A DNA stretch of 64,000 bases. It comes from Pachysolen tannophilus NRRL Y-2460 (taxonomy: Eukaryota). The notes below the pieces were generated by a model that did no database searches, was not told the origin of the DNA, and worked only from the letters and a program-made list of their open reading frames with translations. This document shows positions 56,625 to 64,000 of this stretch, piece after piece (the stretch's first letter is position 1; the number at the start of each line of letters is the position of its first letter). The translations under genes and the position numbers were made by a program. The stretch covers positions 145,005-209,004 of the forward strand of contig KV454013.1 in the NCBI GenBank assembly GCA_001661245.1, given 5' to 3'.

Positions 56625-57431
56625 TTTTGTTATTTAATGATCTCTCACTAATGACTTGATGTTATTCTCGGAAAATCCGCTTTAATAAAGCATTGCTGCT
56701 TTTTTTTTTTTTTTACTACAGAATTTGTTTTTATTTCAAGCTTGCTTTATTTGATACACACCATTCATATCTTATTTTTTCGGGCTCACACAAGATACAT
56801 TAAATGAATAATACCTAATTATTGGTATTTAATGATAAAACTTTTTATTTTTTCAAAAAATTTCCCACAATGTATCTTATACCGATCATGTTTTACTTTT
56901 GTTTCATCTTTTTTCTTTTTATTATAGGGTTCTTTTATATACGGGTTTATTGGGACTTTCGGACACTATACTAAGATCTAGTTGATCATTTTATATATTG
57001 TTTCAATTTGTTTCAATATATTACTTTAATCACTTTGATTATTATGGTGTTATCTGCGGTAGTGTAGCTATTATCAATTTGTTTAGGCGGTAAAATTTTT
57101 TTGTAAACAAATTCTGAATAAATTGAAGCGCCATTGATATTACTTGTAACAATAATTCATTAATTAATTGATTTATGATTTATTTAAAAGAGAATCAAAG
57201 GAACCAGAAGTTATTGATTAAATCGTTATAACTGGTTTAATTTGTATCTATAGTAATTGCATTTTGTTTTTTTTTTTTTTGTTTTTTTTTCTTTCTCTTT
57301 TCTTTCTTGGTTTTTTTTTTTTTTCAAAAACAAAACATAAATTCATTATAATAAAATTGAAAAAAACTTGTTGACAATTTAGAATTAAGTATTAATTTTT
57401 ATACTTTGTTCAAGTTACTGAAAAGAAGAAT

Positions 57432-60400
57432 ATGGTTGATAAATTCAATGAAATTTTTGATTCTGTGGATTTGTCCAAGACAGAAAAGAATGATGCTAAT
57501 AATATAGCTTTGGATGTTAAGAATGATTTGCAAAGGGCAAGAGCATTAAGGAAAACAATGACTTCAAAACAACCAAGTACTAATAGTTCAAATTTTTTTT
57601 TCAGATCAACACTTGGATTAAATTCAACTGATACACAACTGAATAATTTAAGTTCAAATATTTCTAATAATTTCTTGACATCTCCTTTAAAATTTAGAGT
57701 TCAAAATTTTGCAAAATTATCATCTTCAGAACTTGCTACAACTTATATTGATGGTATTATAAAAAAAGAAAGTGATACACCAGCTTTAAGTGAAGTTTTC
57801 ACAAAATATCCAGTTGATAATTATAATTTTAAACCAGATACAGGGTTGGGAAATTTTACAAGATTTGAAAAATTTTCAGTTTTAAATATTCCTGATAAAA
57901 TATTATTAGAATATAGTACTACAAAATGTATCACTTCAATGGGTATGTTTCCGGAATTAAAGAAATGTTGGTTGACTGTAGATAATAAGTTAATATTATG
58001 GGATTATGAAGAAGTTAATGATGCAAAATATTCCACTATAGATGAATTTAAACACACCATTTTAACAGTTAAATTAGTTAAACCTAAAAAAGGTGTATTT
58101 ATTGATGATGTCAATTATTTATTATTGATATCAACACCAATGGACATTTATATATTAGCTGTTGAATATGATAAAATTACTAGAAAATTGGAAATTTATA
58201 ACACTGCTATGTCTGTTTCTACTAAAGGTTTAGTTGTGAATAAATTCATAACATTTAATAAAACAAATGATATTTTCTTTTCAGGTGTGGGTGATAATAT
58301 TAATGTTTGGAAATTAAACTATACCAATAAACAAGCTTGGTTCTCAAATAGGTGTTCTAAAGAATGTCTCACACGTAGTGGTATGTCCACTGTCTTACCT
58401 GATTCAATTACAAATCTTGGCATTTTTGGTAGTACCAATGATTCTACTGAATTTTCTAAACATGTTACACACGAATATTTGATTCAATTAGAAATAGATC
58501 AATTAAGAGGAATTCTTTATACTTTGTCATCAAAATCAGTTATTAGAGCTTATAAAATAGATATTGATAAGAATCGAAATGTTTCATTACCTTCAGAAAT
58601 TACAAAGACAAAAATTTCATTGCTAAAAGATTTAAGTACAACGAATTTAAACATTCGATCACCTTTGTTGAAAGTTACAGACTTTCATATTTCCAAAATT
58701 TTTCCCGTAACCAAAGAGAAGAACTGTACTTTATATCTTGTAGCTGTATTGAGCAATGGTGTTAGAATATATATTAACGGTACTTGTTATTCTGGTTATG
58801 GTTATGGTTATGACTCTAAAAAATCAACTCTTGGACGATTAAGTGCTAGTTTTATAAAATTTCCACCCCCAGATTTTGACTTTTATCTGAAATCAGAAGA
58901 GAAAAGAAAATTAGAGGAAAAGCAACAAATGGATCAGCCATTATATGAATTCGGAAATATATTTATGAAAGATCAAAAATATCAACAACAAAAGCATTTT
59001 CATTCTCCTTTGGATTTGAAAAATGCTCAAGAAAATTCAAATTTATTGAAGAACTTGAAAACCGCTCGTGTTATATCCCGAAATATATATTTTGGTGTTT
59101 TGAAGTCTAGTGAACCTTCTCTGAATGCTACTAAGAAGGATGGTGACACAGAACAAAAGGGTTCCACATCGGGTGATAGATTATTTGTTTCTACTCCTGA
59201 TTATAATCTTTTGAAAAAAGATAAATCTTATGTTGAAGATTTTGAATTTTTAGATACTTCTGGAGTAATTCATGACATTATTCCATTGACAGTTGATAAT
59301 TCTGAATCTACATCAAAATTTTTAAAAGAGCCATTAACTGTTGCAGTATTGACTAATTCTGGTATTCATATTTATAGATATCGTACTTCAGATTTAATAT
59401 TAGAAGATTCTTTGGATGAACTGACTTTTAAAGAATTTTCTTCAAAATATGGTCCGGAAGAGGCATGTTCATCTGCATTACATTTGGCTTGTAAATATGG
59501 GAAATCAGATTCTTTTAAGATTAAGGCCACTCAATTTTTCATTGAAGGTGGACACAATGGAAGTATTAATAAGAACTTGACTCTTAAATTGGGGAATGTT
59601 GAACTTAGTGATAGATTTTTTGGATTTATCATGATGATTGGAAGATTATTTAAAAATGTTTGGGATACAGAAGTTTTCAAAGTTAATCCAGAAGTTGTTA
59701 AGTTTGAAAAAGATGGTTTCATCAATCAAAAATATCTTTTGAAGAAAATGAATAAGTCAGAAGAACAACCAATCATGGGTTTAACTTTAAGTAAGCAAGA
59801 TCTTGAATATTTGTTAAGTTCGATATTAATTGTATTACAATTTTTTAAAAAAAATTCAAAAATTATTCCTGGTTTATCACAACCAAATTTTACAATTTTT
59901 GATATTAATAATGATAAAACATTAGAAATTGTTTCACAAGCTGAAAATATATCTTTTAAATCTGTTTTAAAATTATTAGAATCAATGACTGAAGGGTTAT
60001 CATTTTTGATGATATTATTAGAGCAACTGGATTCTAAAGAAAAATTTGCTGATATTTTTAAATATTTATCAATTCAATCACAAATTGATTTAAGTTGTTT
60101 AATGATTCAAGATTTTTTAGCTCCTAGACAAGATTATATTAAAATTTTAATTAAAGAAATTTTATCAGCAATTATAAATAAAAATATTGCTAAAGGTTTA
60201 TCAGTTGAATATATTACAACTAGTTTACAAGAAAGATGTGGTACCTTTTGTTCTAGTGATGATGTTATTATGTATAAAGCAATTGAAAATTTGAAAAGAG
60301 CTAAAGAATTATATACAAGAGATTATGAAGAATCTAGAAAATATTTGGTAACTGCTCTGCAATTATTTGAAAAATGTAATGATAAAAATTTAAATATGGA

Positions 60401-61166
60401 AACAATTGCTCATAGTATTGATGTTATGAATAGTTTAAATTTTTATCAAGGTTCAATTAAATTATTATTAAATTTAGCTAATAAGGATGAAAATGCTAAT
60501 AAGATAAGTTTAAAAGTTTATCAACAACAAGAATTAGTTCAAGTTAATTTACAACCTAATGTGAATGGGAATGGAAATGGGAAAGATATTAAAAATTTTA
60601 ATCTTAATTTAATAGATCCTGAAGAAGTACAAATTTTAGATAAAAAAATGGCTTATTATGAATTAGTATTTAAAATTTTAACTGAAATGGATGAAAAAGC
60701 TAAAAAAAGTCTTGATTCTTTACAAAATGTTCCAAGTAATTTTCAAGTTGTTACTGAATTTACACGTTTACGTGAATTGTTATATGAAATATGTTTTAAT
60801 CATGAAGATCAAATTTTCCATTATGAATTATATAAATTTTTTATAAAGCAAGGTATTAGTGAAAGATTATTAGATGTCAATTCAGAATATATATTGACCT
60901 TCTTAGAAGACTACGCTTCCCACGATATTAACATAGGATACTTATTATGTGACTATCACTTGAGAAGATCAAATTATTTACAAGCAGCAAACATCTTGGT
61001 CAGTATTGTCATTGCATTTGAAAATTTGGATAATGAAATAAAAATTCAATTATTATGCAAGGCAAAAGTCTACTTGAACGCAGGAGGCCCCAACAGCGCA
61101 AGCGATAAACTCTCGGCAGCAATCGAAGAGTTGATCAGAAGCTTGGTATCAGATCCCAATCCATAA
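57432..61166 (+). CDS. NUP170: Nucleoporin Nup157/Nup170 (Nup155 family)
   Basis: MGMFPELKKCWLTVDNKLILW, VKLVKPKKGVF, YGPEEACSSAL, LQERCGTFCSSDD and FHYELY motifs. Confidence 0.92.
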   Translation: MVDKFNEIFDSVDLSKTEKNDANNIALDVKNDLQRARALRKTMTSKQPSTNSSNFFFRSTLGLNSTDTQLNNLSSNISNNFLTSPLKFRVQNFAKLSSSELATTYIDGIIKKESDTPALSEVFTKYPVDNYNFKPDTGLGNFTRFEKFSVLNIPDKILLEYSTTKCITSMGMFPELKKCWLTVDNKLILWDYEEVNDAKYSTIDEFKHTILTVKLVKPKKGVFIDDVNYLLLISTPMDIYILAVEYDKITRKLEIYNTAMSVSTKGLVVNKFITFNKTNDIFFSGVGDNINVWKLNYTNKQAWFSNRCSKECLTRSGMSTVLPDSITNLGIFGSTNDSTEFSKHVTHEYLIQLEIDQLRGILYTLSSKSVIRAYKIDIDKNRNVSLPSEITKTKISLLKDLSTTNLNIRSPLLKVTDFHISKIFPVTKEKNCTLYLVAVLSNGVRIYINGTCYSGYGYGYDSKKSTLGRLSASFIKFPPPDFDFYLKSEEKRKLEEKQQMDQPLYEFGNIFMKDQKYQQQKHFHSPLDLKNAQENSNLLKNLKTARVISRNIYFGVLKSSEPSLNATKKDGDTEQKGSTSGDRLFVSTPDYNLLKKDKSYVEDFEFLDTSGVIHDIIPLTVDNSESTSKFLKEPLTVAVLTNSGIHIYRYRTSDLILEDSLDELTFKEFSSKYGPEEACSSALHLACKYGKSDSFKIKATQFFIEGGHNGSINKNLTLKLGNVELSDRFFGFIMMIGRLFKNVWDTEVFKVNPEVVKFEKDGFINQKYLLKKMNKSEEQPIMGLTLSKQDLEYLLSSILIVLQFFKKNSKIIPGLSQPNFTIFDINNDKTLEIVSQAENISFKSVLKLLESMTEGLSFLMILLEQLDSKEKFADIFKYLSIQSQIDLSCLMIQDFLAPRQDYIKILIKEILSAIINKNIAKGLSVEYITTSLQERCGTFCSSDDVIMYKAIENLKRAKELYTRDYEESRKYLVTALQLFEKCNDKNLNMETIAHSIDVMNSLNFYQGSIKLLLNLANKDENANKISLKVYQQQELVQVNLQPNVNGNGNGKDIKNFNLNLIDPEEVQILDKKMAYYELVFKILTEMDEKAKKSLDSLQNVPSNFQVVTEFTRLRELLYEICFNHEDQIFHYELYKFFIKQGISERLLDVNSEYILTFLEDYASHDINIGYLLCDYHLRRSNYLQAANILVSIVIAFENLDNEIKIQLLCKAKVYLNAGGPNSASDKLSAAIEELIRSLVSDPNP

Positions 61167-61654
61167 TCATGATACTCAAAACTTTTAGCTCCATCTTCTT
61201 CCATTAATTATATAGAAAAATTAATAAGATATATAATAAAATTATTATTAGTATTATTATTATTATAAGAAACAGATAAGATTTGATTAAAGTAAAAAAA
61301 AAAAAAAAAAAACGACTGCGAAATTTTTATTTTGAAATTTGGTAGCCGCGCACACTACTTTAGTTTTTTTTTCTAATGTTTTTCTTTTCTTTTCTTTGTT
61401 TTTGAACTAAGAAACCAATTGAGCTTTATTTATTTATTTCTTTGCTTTTAAATTTGGTTGTTCTTGTTCTTGTTCTTTGTTTTGTTGTTGTTGTTATTGT
61501 TATTGTTTATTGTTTTCTTAGAATTGTGTTTTAATTTTTTCTTTGTTATTTTTTTTTTTATTTTTTTCGTTTTTTTTTCTTTCCCTTTTCATTGTTTTAT
61601 CATTCATTCATTTAAATATTACGTTGAATGTGTTGAAAAATTGACTTTCTCACC

Positions 61655-61829
61655 ATGAATCAAGATCTAGCTCAGCTGAATAGTCATGGGCATGCTTCGA
61701 GTCAGATTTTCCAAATAGGTGCTTCGTCGAATAGTGGGAGCTCGAATAATAATGTTACTCAAAATCATGCGTCAAGTAATGGTAAAAATACTAATAACAA
61801 TAGTAACAATAGTAATAGTATGAATAATG

Positions 61830-61871
<42 letters not shown>

Positions 61872-62976
61872 GTAATAATAATAATGGTAGTAATAATAAT
61901 GAAGATAATAATAATACTAATACAAATAATAATAATAATAATAATAATAGCAGCCATTCAGGGGGTTCTGTACCGAATGACAATTCCAATTCAAATAACC
62001 ACATAACACCGTCAACAACAATGAGTACCGATACTTCTAATAGTAATTCCTCGGTAACACATCAATTGGTGACTAATGATCCGAGTTTTGATTTACAAAA
62101 GGCAACATTAGATGCAGCAATATATTATTCTCAAAATAAAAAAAAACTTCTTTAGAAAAAGTTGCAAAATTATTTGGTACAACTGTTAAACGTGTGAGAA
62201 ATAGGGTTAAAAAATTGAATGAAAATCCAGAATTTAATCCTACAAATTTTATTGTCACTGCTCCATCAGTACCAAGACCACCACCACACAAATCTTTACA
62301 AAGCCCGAATAAAATTAAAAAGGCAAACTCTTTAGGAGCAACAGGAACAGGATCTGGATCTGGAACTGGATCTGGAGGAGTAGGAACAGGAACTAGTGGT
62401 AATAAGAATTCCTCACATCTGCACCATCATCACCTTCAACGACTGCTGCAACTGCAAGCACAGCAGCAACTGCTGCTGCTGCTGCTGCTGCAAAATGCCC
62501 ACTACCAATTACAAGAGGCCTTGTCGAAACAACAGCAACAGGTGGCCCAATCTGTAGCGACTAATACCCTCGTTGTAGATCCAAATATACATCAGGCAAA
62601 CACTACCGATCCACAATTGATTCAATTGAATACAATGGCACAACAACTGCCACCACAACCCCAGCCGCAACTGCTGCCGCTTTTGCATTACCAGCAATCA
62701 CCACAACATAGATCTCAAAGACATTCACTTTCTCAACATTTGAATCCATATCAATCACAACAGATTGAACAACAGGTTCTGCTGCTGCAACTGCTGCTGC
62801 AACAACAACTGCAACAACAACTGCAACCTCATCACCACAACTTACCTCATCATGGAACTATCATTGACTTTAACAATTTAGAAAACTTAAAACTGCTTGT
62901 CAATAATGATAAATTAACAATCGAAGAAATTAAATACGTTATCAATTATTTGATAAATAAGACTTTATGCCAGTAG
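61655..62976 (+). CDS. Asn/Gln/Ala-rich putative transcription regulator with a helix-turn-helix; one gene split by a -1 frameshift at the A9 run 62138-62146 (about 440 aa if joined)
   Basis: ORF1 ...TLDAAIYYSQNKK continues in the -1 frame as TSLEKVAKLFGTTVKRVRNRVKKL (Psq/HTH-like); poly-N, poly-H and Q/A tracts. Confidence 0.7.
61789..61948 (+). repeat. (AAT)n poly-Asn coding repeat
   Basis: Dense AAT/AAC triplet runs. Confidence 0.9.
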
Positions 62977-63586
62977 TTACGGAATTATGGAATTACAAAA
63001 TTACATGCTCATTATATATTTATTTATATATAATTTTGAGTTTGTTAGTTTTTCACAGGATTATTATAAGATGTTGGTTAATTTTTTCTTCTCTTTTTTT
63101 TTTTATTATTATTTTTTGTTCAATTCTTTTATTATATCAAATAAGTATGTTTTTTTTTTTTTTTTTTAAACTTGTATTCTCTTGATTTTTTTTTTGTTTT
63201 TTTTTTTACTTTTTAAATTAACTTGTCGTTATTTTGTCTTATATTTTATAATCTTACTCTTTTATATCTTTTTTTATTGCTCTCACTCAGTATTTGTTTT
63301 ATGCTTTTGTAAATTATAAAAAGCTAATGATTTTTTTTTTTTTTTCAAGAAGAAAAACTGTATACATTTTTTTTTACTTACTACAAATTTTTTGTTAAAT
63401 TTAATATTTTATTAGAACATTTTTTTAAAATTACTATAAAACAAAAATCCTTTTAAAAAATTGTTATTGTTACGTTACTATCCATGTATTTTCATTTCTA
63501 CTTGTCTTAACCCTTTAGTTTGTGTGTGTTTTTTTTTTGTAGCACATTAAGACTTTATTTTTATTTCCAATTCATATTCAACATCT

Positions 63587-64000
63587 CTAAAATTTTTTAT
63601 AATAATATTTCATTCTATCATAAAATTTATCTTGATCAATTTCAAGTTTAACACGAGTTTTCCCTTCCATACCTTCTTTAGATTCATTAGTAACATTTAC
63701 TTCATCTAATTCTAAATCTTTCGTAACTAATTCACTTAAACTATCAAATCCAAAATGATAATGTCTCATTATCGTTAAAAATAATGCATAACCTAATTTA
63801 TAATCTTGTAAAATCAAGAAAATATCAAAAAATTTTATCATTAAATTTAATGGTAAAATCGATAATAAGTTTATAAATGTTAAAGTTTCAAACTCAACTT
63901 GATACAAACTAATATCATCCTTTGAAACACTAAGATATTTCTTTATTGTAGAATTTGATAATACTTTATGTGCTGCAAATAAATCACTATTATCATGATT
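63587..64000 (-). CDS. C-terminal fragment of a gene entering from beyond the window; possibly TBC/Rab-GAP-like (Sbe2/Sbe22-type) helical C-terminus
   Basis: Frame is open from 64000 (NHDNSDLFAAHKVL...) to the stop at 63587; LPLNLMIKFFDIFLI..YKL.YALFL resembles TBC C-terminal helices; identity uncertain. Confidence 0.55.
   Translation of the reverse strand, partial: NHDNSDLFAAHKVLSNSTIKKYLSVSKDDISLYQVEFETLTFINLLSILPLNLMIKFFDIFLILQDYKLGYALFLTIMRHYHFGFDSLSELVTKDLELDEVNVTNESKEGMEGKTRVKLEIDQDKFYDRMKYYYKKF

Noticed and set aside
33720..56651. Long ORFs containing X runs, and Phe/Lys-rich intergenic ORFs
   Set aside because: Artefacts of N gaps and poly-A/T tracts; only the YRA1 3' fragment is real
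55950..56975. RNase MRP/P RNA or snoRNA in the long spacer before NUP170 (GAAAGTC-like and GGGCTCAC-like motifs)
   Set aside because: Candidate P4 half-motifs lie on opposite strands and no box C/D or H/ACA set is convincing; the gap hides part of the region
62470..62490. Poly-Leu transmembrane or signal segment suggested by the ORF track
   Set aside because: All the 'Leu' codons are CTG and flanked by Gln codons; explained by CUG=Ala
27874..62830. CUG=Ser (Candida-type code)
   Set aside because: The conserved positions (LEQAHP, YDxVA) and the QAQAQ/poly-A context favour Ala; Ser cannot be excluded at any single site but fits the set worse
1..64000. Transposons, LTRs, CRISPR arrays, rDNA or horizontally acquired bacterial genes
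   Set aside because: No transposase, RT or integrase ORFs, no long direct repeats or spaced-repeat arrays; all recognisable genes are typical yeast nuclear genes

Overview
AT-rich, gene-dense nuclear DNA from a budding yeast (Saccharomycotina), with four N-gaps and about 30 protein-coding genes. Recognisable genes are RPL3, a REG1/REG2-like PP1 regulator, SLD7, CKA2, a RING/TRAF protein, MPS3, three mitochondrial-carrier-family genes, PEX39, an F-box gene, FYV8, RRP41, GPI14, HGH1, TFG1, TRF4, an Egt2-like PLP lyase, AIM6, a YBL028C-like gene, RPL19, TEC1, MAK21, AFI1, YRA1, RPP2, an Fta4/Nkp1-like gene, NUP157/170 and an Asn/Gln/Ala-rich HTH protein. The main signal is a non-standard genetic code. 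In-frame CTG codons fall at positions where homologues have Ala (Mak21 LEQ-x-HP, Trf4 YDNV-x-I, the Rpp2 hinge, Ort1) and form (CTG)7 runs inside poly-Gln. CUG therefore reads as Ala, as in NCBI table 26 (Pachysolen-type CUG-Ala clade), and the supplied ORF track mistranslates these codons as Leu. I also found a spliced 112-aa gene missing from the ORF track, introns in HGH1, RPL19 and YRA1, and an HTH gene split by a -1 frameshift in an A9 run. I found no tRNA, rRNA, CRISPR or mobile element that I could support. All family assignments are from recalled motifs, not database searches.
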